From contig CAWHHZ010000008.1 of assembly GCA_963829355.1 (NCBI GenBank), positions 97,075 to 161,074 on the forward strand: a stretch of DNA of 64,000 nt, read 5' to 3'. Positions 9,679 to 20,222 of this stretch are shown here, piece by piece. The notes under the pieces are model-generated. The model was not told the origin of the DNA. It saw nothing but the letters and a program-made list of their open reading frames with translations, and did no database searches. This DNA is from an uncultured Acidobacteriota bacterium (GTDB lineage Bacteria; Acidobacteriota; Thermoanaerobaculia; Gp7-AA8; JAHWKK01). The stretch's first letter is position 1. Each line of letters begins with the position of its first letter. Made by a program: the position numbers and the translations under genes.

Positions 9679-11186
9679 TGATCGGCGCGGCGCTGGTACT
9701 CGCGCTTCTCCTTACTGACCGCGCCGGGCCGGCTGCGGACGAACGCTTCTCCGAATCGATCTCGGTGACTCGCTACGTCGTGGAAGTCGGAGTCACCGAT
9801 CATGCGGGGCGCGTTGCGGGAGAGCTCGGTCCTTCCGACTTCACCGTCGAAGTGAGCGGAATCCCCGCGAGCGTCGAAAGCGCCTTGTGGTTTGGCTCAG
9901 ACGGTGAGGCCGGGGCTCCGGAACAAGGACGTCACCTCCTGATTTTTCTCCAGTCGGACTTCGCCCGCAATCGAGCGCGCATGCTCGGACACATGACCTT
10001 CGTCAATTCGTTCGCACCTTCAATCGTGGCAATGCTGCGCCCGCACGATGAAGTCGCCGTCGTCTCGTTCGATTCGCATCTGCGCGTGCTGTCGGATTTC
10101 ACGAACGATGGGGACCGGATACTGGCTGCCGTCAAACGCTCTCTCAGCATCGGTGCAGGCGAGGCGGTGGTGGAAGCCGCGTCGGACGGAAGTCTCTCCA
10201 CTGCACTCGAAACGACGAAGAGATCAACCGACGTCGAAGGCGCTCTACTCGACATTGCTCATGCACTGCAGAAGGTGAACGGCGAGAAGGTCGTGATCCT
10301 CGCCGGGTGGGGGTTCGGGGAGACTCTCTGGCGCAAAGGAGGTGGTTCCGGCGTGACACTTCCGGACGCGTGGGGCCGTGCGGTGAAGATCTTCCAGGAC
10401 GAGCGAGTGAGGATCATCACCGTGAGTGCCGACACGGGTCAGCTTTCATACAGTCTGGCGATGTCCTCACGATCTACCGGTGGCGCGTTCGTTTCCTCTG
10501 CGGCGGGCTTCTCCACTCAGTCACTCGCCGTGATCGAAGGAGTCCTGACCGGCCGCTATGAACTGGTGCTGTCGCTTCCGGAAGCGCTCGAACCAGGAAC
10601 GCATGATCTGATGGTCACGGTCGAGGGAGGCCGGCACGTCGTCGCTCCCGCAACGATCGTGGTTCAGAGCTCCAAGGCGGCGTACAGCGAGTCGATTGCG
10701 CTACTGAACGCGGGTCTCGAAGCAGAAGCACTCGCCGCTCTGCAGCAATGGATCGAGAACGATACCCCTGACTCTGATTCTCTTCGTTCGCATCTGGATG
10801 AGCTGGCTCGGGGGGAACAGTGGCGAAGTGCTCTGGCTGTTGCTCTCGAGTTGGAGCGGCGTCACGAACTCGACGACACGACGACGAGAGAACTGATGCA
10901 GGCACGCGCGGGCGTAGAGCGCGCCGACCGTCTGGCGGCGCAGGAACGAATGACAGCCGCGAGACGTGACTTGTTGGAGGGTTCCAGAGAGCTCGCGAAA
11001 GAGCATCTCGACGAGGCGCTGAGGCTCTTCCCTGACTTCGCCGAGGCTCTCTACGAGCGGGGAATGCTTCTTCTTGCTGAAGGGGCCTTGGAGAGTGCAG
11101 CGATCGATCTCGAGAGGTGTCTGCGCCTGGAACCGGCCGGCATGCATTCAACGGATGTCCGCGCTCTGTTGAAACAGATCCGGTAG
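9678..11186 (+). CDS. acidobacterial-type VWA-domain protein (TIGR03436-like N-terminus) with C-terminal TPR repeats
   Basis: 502 aa. The N-terminal 'FSESISVTRYVVEVGVTDHAGRVAGELGPSDFTVEVSGIPASV' pattern is shared with the 1297-aa gene at 38517. TPR-like helices at the C-terminus. TAATG overlap with the upstream gene. Confidence 0.6.
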   Translation: MIGAALVLALLLTDRAGPAADERFSESISVTRYVVEVGVTDHAGRVAGELGPSDFTVEVSGIPASVESALWFGSDGEAGAPEQGRHLLIFLQSDFARNRARMLGHMTFVNSFAPSIVAMLRPHDEVAVVSFDSHLRVLSDFTNDGDRILAAVKRSLSIGAGEAVVEAASDGSLSTALETTKRSTDVEGALLDIAHALQKVNGEKVVILAGWGFGETLWRKGGGSGVTLPDAWGRAVKIFQDERVRIITVSADTGQLSYSLAMSSRSTGGAFVSSAAGFSTQSLAVIEGVLTGRYELVLSLPEALEPGTHDLMVTVEGGRHVVAPATIVVQSSKAAYSESIALLNAGLEAEALAALQQWIENDTPDSDSLRSHLDELARGEQWRSALAVALELERRHELDDTTTRELMQARAGVERADRLAAQERMTAARRDLLEGSRELAKEHLDEALRLFPDFAEALYERGMLLLAEGALESAAIDLERCLRLEPAGMHSTDVRALLKQIR

Positions 11187-11285
11187 GCGCTCCGCCTTTT
11201 CACCCTTCCGCTTCCGTGGCGTGACACTTTGCGTTCCAATGTTCTTCGATGGCTTGATCCTTTGGTGACGCGGCGGGACGCCGCA

Positions 11286-14200
11286 TCACATCGCGCGGGA
11301 CGCGCGACCCACACCACCTGCATCGAGATCGGGAGGCGATCCACGAGCGTTACGTTGCACCTTGACGGTGTTGTTGCGCCAGGCTGGATCGATCAGCAGG
11401 CGGCGCGGATCGATTCCGGCTGTGCCTGGCTCGAACGGGACGATGATGGTGACCTCGTGGCTGCCGGACGTGATCGGGTGCTGCCGGAGGTACAACAGCC
11501 TCGATCCGGACGCGTCATACACACCGATCTCGACGAGCTCGTTCATTGGCAGCACGGTCTCGGTCCCTTCCTCGTCCACCATCAGCTTCTCGGCGGTCAC
11601 GTCCATCGCAACTCGCCACGAGCCATCAGTGAGAGGTTCCGCGGTTGCCCGTCGCGTGGAAAGATTCCAGTATGTGTTGTGCTCGAACAGATCAGCGAGT
11701 AGGGGATGGATCGACGCGGGCGACACTGCGCGAAGCTCTCGATAGAGATCGAGCGAGGTGGGCAGCGCCCCCTCGGAGCCCGCGTATTGTTGAAGCATCC
11801 TGCGAAGCGCCAGATTCACACGCTCCTCACCGATCATCGTCCGCAGCGTGAACATCGCGAACGGTCCGCGTCGGTATGCGTCGAGCCAGTCACTCGCTGT
11901 CAATAGCGGCGCGTCGGCCATCGGTCGCGGTGCGAGATACGCTTCGCGCATCACGTACAGAAAGCGATCGAGATACTCCTTGCCGAACGTCGCCTCCACC
12001 ACGCCGAACGCGCTGTACCAGGCCAGGCTTTCGCTGAGCAGCGGCCCCCCTTCGACGTCCGCCGGGGTGAGCTGATTTCCCCACCATTGATGCGCGACCT
12101 CGTGTGCGACGACACCAAACAGAAAGTCCACGTCGCGCGGGTCCTTCTCCGGATTCATGAGACTGATCCCCTCGTAGTACCGGATGTTCATCGGATATGC
12201 GCGCAGTCCTGGCGACATCCCCGGCGCCGCGACGAGACGGATCTGGTCGTAGGGGTACGACCCGAACTGGCTCGTGTAGTACGCGAGTGACTCTTTCACG
12301 CTGCGCACCATCCGCTCCACGTTTCGGTCACTTCCCGGATCGTGCACAATCTCGATCTCGACGTCGTTCCATCGTGCCCGCTGCACCGCGTAGCCGGCAG
12401 AGAAGATGGCGTAGAGATTCCGAACCGGAGCGTCCGTCGCGTAGTGAAAGTAGCGGCGGCCATTCGCGCGCCATTCGCGCTGCAACGCACCGGGAGCGAT
12501 CGCAATCTGATCCTCGGCCGTTCCCACGATCACCTCGAGATCAATCATGTCGCGGTCCGCGGTTCGTCTCACGCGAGCATCGCGTTCCTCGAGCGGCGTG
12601 ACTTCCGGCCGCGGCGACAATTGATACGCTTCTCGATCGAACGCCTTCCGCAGACGCCGGTTCTCCTGATAGCCGATCGCAGGAATCCATTCGGTCGGCT
12701 CGAAGTAGGTCGCGCCGGGCAGCACTGCCTTCTGCGTCCCGCTGTTCGTAAATCCTCGCGGATCGTAGGTGATGTCGAAGCTGATATCGAGCTCGTCGCC
12801 CGGGAGCAAAGGGGGCTCAAGAGTGTAGATCGAGTGACCGAGATCGTCGTCCTGGAGCGTCGGGCGAGACGGCCGATCCAACTGCACGTCGCGAGTCTCG
12901 ACTTCCGAGGCAGTCGCCAGATGCAGTGTCTCGATCGGCTGCCCCGTATCGTTGACGAGGCGATACTTCCCATTGATCAGCGCCTTCTGCTCCCGCGGGT
13001 AAAGCTCGACCTCCAGCCGAACCGACTCGAGGCGTGGCTGCGCAACATGCTCGTATTGTCCGTACTTGATTTCGTAGCGCGCTCGCCGCTCTTTGCGCTC
13101 ATTGTCTCCGCGATAGTCGTTGAGGACGTTCGTGTTGTAGAAAATCGTGCCTCCTGCGATCCCCGTGAGCGCCAGGGCTACGGCGACGGTGACCGGAGAG
13201 ACCGATGAGAATCGTCGCCGGGCGCCGCGGAGGCGGACGGCCAGCCCTGGCTGGACCGAGCGCACCCACAGCAGGCGCGCCGCGAACATCAGCAGCAGCG
13301 CCCAGCCAAACCAGTACGCCTTGAAGAGAACGACCGGGCCGAGCGGCGAAAACCCGGTCATTGCGGAGTAGCTCCACCCGGGATCGGAACCGAAGATCAG
13401 GAGCTTGTGCTCGATACCGATCAGAGGCGCCGCGACCGTGAACGCGTAGGCCATGATCGCGATCAGGTACCCGAGGTACTTCTGATTCACGATCACCTGA
13501 ATGGCGATGGCGAGAGCGGCGAAGAGCAGGTAGTCGATCAGTTGATAACCGAAGAGGATCTTCAGGTAGGCCAGCGGGTCCAGACCGGCATGGCCCACTC
13601 TCAACTGGATCGCGATGCTGGTGAGCATCAGGAGTCCCTGAAACAGCGCGATCGCACATCCCAGGCCGAGCAGCTGTCCCCACAGGAATGCGGCATCCGG
13701 CACGGGCAAAGGGTCGACGATCAGGTTCATCCGCGCCTCCCGATCCCGCCAGACGAGCTCACCTGCATAGAGGATCGTGAGCAGGATGACGAGCGAGTCG
13801 TAGTGAAGCGTTGCTACTTTCGCGAGCAGGAGCGGCGTCTCGGGGACGAGAGGGACGCCGACATGCTCCATGAGCTCCGGGCCTGAAACGAAAAGCAGGA
13901 TGAGCGCGGCAACCGGAAGAAGCCAGATGCGGCCGCCGATGATCTGGCGGAACGACATGGCAGCAATCTCGAGCGCTTTGCGGAGTCGCGCGACCAGACC
14001 GAATGAGCGGTTCGCGACGGGGACGACGATCGCGGACTGCCGCGGCGCATCTTTCTCGATTGGCGCGCGCTTCCCCCGTAATCTCCGGGAGCTGCCCGCC
14101 TGCCGGCTGAAGCGAAACCATTGCGGGACGAGACCGAGAACCAGAGCCGTCCCACCGATCCAGAGCACCCGGTTCCAGAGAAGAGCGCCGCCGATCGGAA

Positions 14201-14897
14201 GCCCGAGCGTGCTCCGCTCCGCGGTGCTCCATGTTCGGATAAGGCTCGCGGTAGCCGCGAATCCGAGAGGATCGAGATAGGTAGCCAGAGTCCACTGACC
14301 GAGGACCCCTCCGACGATCGACCAGATCATGATGGAACCGAAGCCGAGCGCGACACTCAAAGTGAGGCCTGCCACCAGACGTTTCGAGAGAAGAGCCGCG
14401 GTGAACAGCAGGACGCCGGTGATGAACAGGTTCGGCAGAACGATGATCACGTACGGCGTCAGATATGACGAGAGCCGGAACGGCACCATGGCCGCGTCCC
14501 CGCGATCGCTGAGACTTACGGCAGTGAATGCTCCCAGAGGAATGAGGCTCAGAATGATCAGGCCGATGAGGAGAGCGCCGAAGAAGCGCCCGAAGACGTA
14601 CTGGCGCTCGCGGACGGAAGAACTGTAGAGCAGGGGCGCCGTGCCTGTCTGTGCATCCCGGCTTCCGGCATCGCCAAACAATGCGGCGAGCGCGACGAGT
14701 CCGAAGAGACTCGTGATCAGGACCGCGTTCAGGATGCTGACGGGAGCATTGATCGGAGTTCCACCCTCACGTGCCGTCGTCATGAAGTTCTGCATCAGGT
14801 AGAACGCGAGCACGTACATCGCCGCCATAAAGATCCACGTCATGCGCTGGCGGAACTGATAGAAGAGCTCGAATCTGATGACCTCGAGAAACTTCAT
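11286..14897 (-). CDS. ABC-2-type permease fused to M1-family zinc metallopeptidase (copy 1)
   Basis: 1203 aa. The N-terminal roughly 550 aa are polytopic ABC-2-permease-like. The C-terminal half is M1 gluzincin: 'VAHEVAHQWWGNQ...LSESLAWY' (HEXXH followed by the downstream Glu). No recognisable GAMEN exopeptidase motif. Homologous end to end with 20223..23795. Confidence 0.8.
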   Translation of the reverse strand: MKFLEVIRFELFYQFRQRMTWIFMAAMYVLAFYLMQNFMTTAREGGTPINAPVSILNAVLITSLFGLVALAALFGDAGSRDAQTGTAPLLYSSSVRERQYVFGRFFGALLIGLIILSLIPLGAFTAVSLSDRGDAAMVPFRLSSYLTPYVIIVLPNLFITGVLLFTAALLSKRLVAGLTLSVALGFGSIMIWSIVGGVLGQWTLATYLDPLGFAATASLIRTWSTAERSTLGLPIGGALLWNRVLWIGGTALVLGLVPQWFRFSRQAGSSRRLRGKRAPIEKDAPRQSAIVVPVANRSFGLVARLRKALEIAAMSFRQIIGGRIWLLPVAALILLFVSGPELMEHVGVPLVPETPLLLAKVATLHYDSLVILLTILYAGELVWRDREARMNLIVDPLPVPDAAFLWGQLLGLGCAIALFQGLLMLTSIAIQLRVGHAGLDPLAYLKILFGYQLIDYLLFAALAIAIQVIVNQKYLGYLIAIMAYAFTVAAPLIGIEHKLLIFGSDPGWSYSAMTGFSPLGPVVLFKAYWFGWALLLMFAARLLWVRSVQPGLAVRLRGARRRFSSVSPVTVAVALALTGIAGGTIFYNTNVLNDYRGDNERKERRARYEIKYGQYEHVAQPRLESVRLEVELYPREQKALINGKYRLVNDTGQPIETLHLATASEVETRDVQLDRPSRPTLQDDDLGHSIYTLEPPLLPGDELDISFDITYDPRGFTNSGTQKAVLPGATYFEPTEWIPAIGYQENRRLRKAFDREAYQLSPRPEVTPLEERDARVRRTADRDMIDLEVIVGTAEDQIAIAPGALQREWRANGRRYFHYATDAPVRNLYAIFSAGYAVQRARWNDVEIEIVHDPGSDRNVERMVRSVKESLAYYTSQFGSYPYDQIRLVAAPGMSPGLRAYPMNIRYYEGISLMNPEKDPRDVDFLFGVVAHEVAHQWWGNQLTPADVEGGPLLSESLAWYSAFGVVEATFGKEYLDRFLYVMREAYLAPRPMADAPLLTASDWLDAYRRGPFAMFTLRTMIGEERVNLALRRMLQQYAGSEGALPTSLDLYRELRAVSPASIHPLLADLFEHNTYWNLSTRRATAEPLTDGSWRVAMDVTAEKLMVDEEGTETVLPMNELVEIGVYDASGSRLLYLRQHPITSGSHEVTIIVPFEPGTAGIDPRRLLIDPAWRNNTVKVQRNARGSPPDLDAGGVGRASRAM

Positions 14898-14970
14898 GCC
14901 TCACCACCGGATTGTGGTTCGGGAGGGCGAGACGCCTGCCGGGCATGAGCATACGGGGGCGTCAAAATCT

Positions 14971-15934
14971 TCATTCTGTGCCGCCTTTGCGGAGGGCTGG
15001 AGCCCTCTGCGAGTCGTCCCTGGAGGGACGACCCCCAAGTCCGGACATCGTGCAGAAGTAGACGTCCTCGAGATCGGGCTCAACCTCTTCGAAGCCGGCA
15101 CCGGGGGGGCTGTTGCTGAAGACGTGCGCAACGGTACGTCCCGCGAGGAGCTTCGTCGAGATCACCTCGTGCTCGCGCTCGATCGCCTCGAGCTCTTCCT
15201 TGCTGATGATCGTGCGCCAGATGCGGCCGCGAAGCTCGTCCACGGCACCGAGCGGCTCCGCTTCCAGAAGAATTCGCCCCTTGTTGATGATTGCCATACG
15301 GGTACAGAGCTCGGAGACGTCCTCGACGATGTGGGTCGAAAGAATGACGACGCTGTTTTCACCGAGCTCACTGAGCAGATTGAGGAAGCGGACACGCTCC
15401 GCGGGATCGAGCCCCGCGGTCGGCTCGTCGACGATCAGGAGTTTCGGGTTGCCGAGCAAAGCCACGGCGACACCGAACCTCTGCCGCATACCGCCCGAAT
15501 AGCCGCCTAGTTTCTGCTTCCGGACGTCCCAAAGGTTCGTCTGCCGGAGCAGTGCCTCGACGACACCTTTTCGCTCGCCGCGGTTGATGATCCCTTTGAG
15601 AATCGCGAAGTGATCGAGCAGCTTCTCCGCGCTCACCTTCGAGTAGACCCCGAACTCCTGCGGAAGATAGCCGAGTGTCTTCCTCAGCTCGTCCTTCTGC
15701 CGCACGACGTCGATCTCTGCCGAGCCACGCTCCCCCGCTGTCGGGCTCCTGGAGCGTGGCAAGCGTCCGCATCAGCGTCGACTTGCCCGCGCCATTCGGA
15801 CCAAGTAGCCCGAACATGCCGCGCGGAATGGTCAATGAAACATCCTTCAGTGCCTCGACTCCGTTCGAGTAGGTCTTCGAAAGATTGTCGATGCGGAGCT
15901 CGAGAGGTCGTGGTGCGAGTGCCGGTTCAGCCAT
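14971..15934 (-). pseudogene. ABC transporter ATP-binding protein (copy 1), 1-nt frameshift in a C5/G5 homopolymer at 15732-15736
   Basis: The Walker A frame ('MAEPALAPRPLELRIDNLSKTY...GPNGAGKST...LQEPDSG') starts at the ATG at 15932-15934. The remainder ('EIDVVRQKDE...LSGGM...LLIVDEPTAGLD') is in ORF 14971..15762. Alignment with paralog 19130..20065 places an extra G in 'GACAGCGGGGGAGCG'. Confidence 0.75.
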
Positions 15935-16367
15935 GTTCGTCCTTTCATTTCCGAAATTCGCCTGCACTGGGGTACTACGTGGCGCCAACCATTCGGGTGT
16001 ACGAGGTGGGACGAAACCCCGATTTGACGTGACGGAGCCATGGCCGCACACGGTGAGGAGACAGCCGCAGTCGGGCCTGAACGAACGTGACTGGCATACT
16101 CGGGTGTCAATGAGGACGCGACGATCCTGGCACATTGTCTGGATGACGACGGCCCCGAGGAATTCGCGGAACAAACGCATCGTCGTCACCGGCCAGCGTC
16201 GTGCTGGCGGTTCGAGCTTCGAGACAAATTCATCCCGCCCGTCGCAGAGTTCGTCCCGCCAACGCGCCCTTACCGCAACTCCTGCCCTCGGGAGGAGCCC
16301 GAGTCTGGAATGCTGAGTTTCATGACGGAGACTCCACAGTCTGATGAGACTTGCCACCGACAGTCCC

Positions 16368-17573
16368 TCAAAGGCGGTCGATGACCAGCTGGGGGTCGAG
16401 CGCAGAGTCCGATGTATGAGTGGGCTTCCCCGCGCGGCCATGAACGTTCCCTCTCTCCTGTGGGATGAGAACCTCGCTCACCACGGCTCCGTCCTCGGAT
16501 CGCAGCTTCATCCACGCATCGTGTCCATAAAGGAGCTCGAGACGCCTTCGGGTGGACGAAAGCCCCACCCCCGTACCCGCGGGAGTTGTGATGCGTCGTG
16601 GAACAGGTCCGCGATCGATCACCTGCAACCGAAGCGATTCTCCATCGCCGAAGACCCGGACGACGATCTCTGCACGATCTCCGTCGGCCAGCGCGCCATG
16701 CTTGATGGCATTCTCCACCAGGGGCTGGAGCAGGAGAGGCGGAACGGGAATCTCCAGCAGATCATCGCCCGCCTCGAAGATGAACGTGAGGCGATCCCCG
16801 AACCGCATCTTCATCAGCTCGAGATAATCGTTCGCGATCCCGAGCTCCTCCGAGAGTGGAATCAGCGCAGCGGTGCGGATCTCCAGGCTCCGACGCAGGA
16901 GCTGGCTGAGCGTCATCAGCATTCTTTCTGCACTCTCCGGGTCGGCTTGAACGAGCGCGATGATCCCGTTGAGAGCATTGAACAGAAAGTGCGGCTGAAG
17001 GTCGGCCCTCAACTGTCGCAATTGAGCGCGATTGACCTCGGCTTCCAACTCCGTGGCAATCCGCTCGCGCTCGCGATTCTCACCCTGTACTCGCATCACG
17101 TTGGCGAGAGCGACGAGCCCCACCACAATCGCGATGTTCATGTCCAGCCGGAGCAGCCATGCCGCGACGACCTCTCTGGAATTCCAGAAAGTGCCCTGCA
17201 GAAGCTGTGAGATCACGGTGCCGATGACTTCCCTGCCGAGAGCGAGCAGAATGATGACTGGAATCAGAGTGAGTACCCTTCGCAGCCGATACGGCCTCTG
17301 AACCGGAAGTCGGTAGGCGATGAAGACGACGACCGGCGTGAGCACTGCCCACATCGCGCCTCGGATCAATCCGAGAAGAGCGGCGTCAGTCGGATGCACA
17401 TTGATCGTGCTGAAGGCGTCGAGCTTCCAGAACTCGATGCCGGTGACGAGCAGGCCACCGATCACCCAGAGCCCGAAGATCGTCAGGGCCTTGATCAAGA
17501 GATCGAAAAGTCTTGTGTGGAGCCGAGTCATCACATCTTCACGAGCTCGACAACAATGGGGGTCACCGGCCAT
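16368..17573 (-). CDS. LytS-type sensor histidine kinase (His_kinase/HATPase_c); probable start at Met15 (17531)
   Basis: Multi-TM N-terminus, then 'HFLFNALNGIIALV' (LytS/YehU-type H-box) and an ATPase domain 'LVENAIKHG...GTGVGL'. Confidence 0.8.
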   Translation of the reverse strand: MAGDPHCCRAREDVMTRLHTRLFDLLIKALTIFGLWVIGGLLVTGIEFWKLDAFSTINVHPTDAALLGLIRGAMWAVLTPVVVFIAYRLPVQRPYRLRRVLTLIPVIILLALGREVIGTVISQLLQGTFWNSREVVAAWLLRLDMNIAIVVGLVALANVMRVQGENRERERIATELEAEVNRAQLRQLRADLQPHFLFNALNGIIALVQADPESAERMLMTLSQLLRRSLEIRTAALIPLSEELGIANDYLELMKMRFGDRLTFIFEAGDDLLEIPVPPLLLQPLVENAIKHGALADGDRAEIVVRVFGDGESLRLQVIDRGPVPRRITTPAGTGVGLSSTRRRLELLYGHDAWMKLRSEDGAVVSEVLIPQERGNVHGRAGKPTHTSDSALDPQLVIDRL

Positions 17574-17690
17574 GTTTCACGAGGCCCTTCGTGTCATCCC
17601 GAGCACCCTTTATCCCAAAATGCCGGCCTCACGCATGCCAGACGGCTATCGGGGGAAATACTGGCGCGTGTCGGTCGGTAGTGGCCAGCG

Positions 17691-18422
17691 ATGCGTTTAT
17701 TGATCGTAGATGACGAACCGCTGGCTCGAATGCGAATTCGTGCACTCCTCTCCGAGGAAGTCGACGTAGAAGTCGTCGGCGAGGGGACCGATGGTCGCGA
17801 GGCAGTTTCACTCGTTCGCGAGTCGTCTCCGGACGTGCTCCTTCTCGACGTGCAGATGCCGCGAGGCAGCGGGTTCGACGTTCTTGATCGCCTGGGGGAA
17901 GCGCGTCCTCCCGTCATCATATTCACAACGGCTCACTCCGAGTTCGGTGCGCGGGCCTTCGATTTCAGCGCGACCGATTACCTCGTCAAACCGTTCGATC
18001 GTCAACGCGTACGACAAGCACTCGATCGCGCGCGCCGTCGCCTTGCTGGCGAGCCGGCGGAGCGTGGGGCAGTGTCCAGGGCGGCCTGGAAAGATCGGTT
18101 CGCGGTCCGAGTTCGTGGCCGGATCATCTTTGTCCGGACCTCAGAAATCGTCTGGATCGGGGCCGAAGGCAACTACGTTCGACTCCATACCGCGACTGGA
18201 TCGTATCTCGAACGCGATTCGATGAAGCACCTCGAGAGCTCGCTCGACCCGTCCTCATTTCTTCGTGTCCACAGATCGGCAATCGTCAGCGTCGAGCACA
18301 TCGTATCGATCGACTCGACATCCGACGGCTCGCTGCAGATCCAGATGTCCAGTGGTGAACGGGTGCCCCTGGGACCGAATTACCGAAAGAATCTTCAGGA
18401 CCTCGCCGGTACTCGGTTCTGA
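17691..18422 (+). CDS. LytTR-family response regulator
   Basis: Receiver domain 'MRLLIVDDEPLARMRIRALL...LLLDVQMP', then a LytTR DNA-binding domain ('FLRVHRSAIVSVEHI'). Divergent from the kinase gene. Confidence 0.85.
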   Translation: MRLLIVDDEPLARMRIRALLSEEVDVEVVGEGTDGREAVSLVRESSPDVLLLDVQMPRGSGFDVLDRLGEARPPVIIFTTAHSEFGARAFDFSATDYLVKPFDRQRVRQALDRARRRLAGEPAERGAVSRAAWKDRFAVRVRGRIIFVRTSEIVWIGAEGNYVRLHTATGSYLERDSMKHLESSLDPSSFLRVHRSAIVSVEHIVSIDSTSDGSLQIQMSSGERVPLGPNYRKNLQDLAGTRF

Positions 18423-18445
18423 GTCACGCCGCCCCAGGAGACAAC

Positions 18446-18763
18446 ATGATCGAGAACGAAACGACTGACCCTGTACCGATGATGATCACCTACCGGGCGA
18501 AAAAGGGCCACGAAGCTGCGCTTCTTCAGCTCGTGAGAAGCCACTGGCCCGTGATCAGAGATCTGGGGCTCGCCAGCACCACGCCGGCGCGCATATGGAA
18601 GACCACCGACCGCGACGGAAATGTCGCGTTCGTCGAGATGTTCGAGTGGCGCGACTCTTCGGCGCCGGACGTAGCTCACCAGACACCGGAGGTGATGGCG
18701 GTCTGGGAGCCGATGTCTGAGGTCATGGAGAGCATCGAGATCGCGCAGGCCGAGCTGCTCTGA
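18446..18763 (+). CDS. ABM-domain (antibiotic-biosynthesis-monooxygenase-like) small protein
   Basis: 105 aa. The ferredoxin-like ABM pattern ('MITYRAKKGHEAALLQLVRSHW...FVEMFEWRDSSAPDVAHQTPEVMAVW') lies 23 bp downstream of the LytTR gene. Confidence 0.45.
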   Translation: MIENETTDPVPMMITYRAKKGHEAALLQLVRSHWPVIRDLGLASTTPARIWKTTDRDGNVAFVEMFEWRDSSAPDVAHQTPEVMAVWEPMSEVMESIEIAQAELL

Positions 18764-19129
18764 GAACGAAATCGCCGCTTTCGTATGGCTGGTAAGCGCT
18801 CCACTCTCTGGCCCTGCGTGAAACAAGGGAGACGGGTGATCACGCCCCCACGTCTTTTGCCGGGAGGCGTACGCACGAAACGGCCAAAGCGACGGGCTGT
18901 CCTGCAGAGCTGACTTCAGCCTCCCGCCCGTCCCATGGACGACTCTCTCGGGATGAGTCGATCCCCACGCGGTGCGGACTCTCACCTCACTCGCACCATC
19001 TACAACGAGCGGATCGCGAGGTTCGAAGCTTTTTGTCACATCGACAAGGCACCTTCGTCACCAATTCTCGAACCCTATGCAACGGCGTCCGTATCCCTCG
19101 AGACAAAGTGACCATCTCAGGGGAGATCA

Positions 19130-20065
19130 ATGGACGACACTGACTGGACGAACGGCATGGAGCTTCGGATCGAGCATCTATCCAAAACCTACGGGAATGG
19201 TGTGAGAGCGCTCGATGACGTCACCCTGACGATCCCCCGCGGGATGTATGGATTACTGGGACCGAATGGCGCCGGGAAGTCGACGCTGATGCGCACGATC
19301 GCGACACTTCAGGAGCCGGATCAAGGTGAGATCCACCTCGGGACGATCGATGTCGTTCGCCAGAAAGACGAGGTTCGGAAAACACTCGGGTACCTGCCAC
19401 AGGAGTTCGGGGTGTACGCGAAGGTCAGCGCGATCTCCCTGCTCGACCACTTTGCAATCCTGAAGGGGATCACGAACCGTGGCGAAAGGAAGGACGTGGT
19501 CGAGGCGCTGTTGCGGCAGACGAACCTGTGGGGCGTCCGAAAGCAGAAACTCGGCGGCTACTCAGGCGGAATGAAGCAGCGCTTCGGCGTCGCCGTCGCT
19601 CTCATCGGGGACCCGAAGCTCCTCATCGTCGACGAGCCGACGGCCGGACTCGATCCTGCCGAGCGAGTGCGCTTTCTCAATCTCCTCAGCGAGCTCGGAG
19701 AGAACAGCGTCGTCATTCTCTCGACGCACATCGTCGAGGACGTCTCCGAGTTGTGCACACGCATGGCGATCATCAGCCGTGGGCGGATCCTGCTCGAGAC
19801 CGAGCCACTGCGTGCCGTCGCAGATCTGGAAGGGTCGATCTGGCGAGCGATCATCTCGCGCACCGATCTCAAGGCGATCGAGCGCGAGCAGGCGGTGATC
19901 TCCACAAAACTGCTCGCCGGCCGGACAGTTGTCCACGTGTTCAGCAACACCAGCCCCGGCGCCGGTTTTGAGCCGGTCACCCCGGACCTCGAGGACGTGT
20001 ACTTCAGCGCCATGACCGGACAGATCGGCCGGCTCGATGAGCCGTATACGGTAGTCATCTCATGA
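19130..20065 (+). CDS. ABC transporter ATP-binding protein (copy 2, intact)
   Basis: Walker A 'GPNGAGKST', signature 'YSGGMKQR' and Walker B 'LLIVDEPTAGLD'. About 85% identical to the frameshifted copy 1. Confidence 0.85.
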   Translation: MDDTDWTNGMELRIEHLSKTYGNGVRALDDVTLTIPRGMYGLLGPNGAGKSTLMRTIATLQEPDQGEIHLGTIDVVRQKDEVRKTLGYLPQEFGVYAKVSAISLLDHFAILKGITNRGERKDVVEALLRQTNLWGVRKQKLGGYSGGMKQRFGVAVALIGDPKLLIVDEPTAGLDPAERVRFLNLLSELGENSVVILSTHIVEDVSELCTRMAIISRGRILLETEPLRAVADLEGSIWRAIISRTDLKAIEREQAVISTKLLAGRTVVHVFSNTSPGAGFEPVTPDLEDVYFSAMTGQIGRLDEPYTVVIS

Positions 20066-20222
20066 TCAGCACGCGTCCGACAACTCATCTCGAGCCCAGC
20101 CCCAGCCGCGTCGGTGCGCTTCAGGGAAGCGTTCGCAAGCCAGCCATCGTACGAGCTCCCGCTACGCTGCACGATCCGGATGCAGCGGAATCTCGCGTGT
20201 CCGTCGCGGCGGAGGTGGTGCG

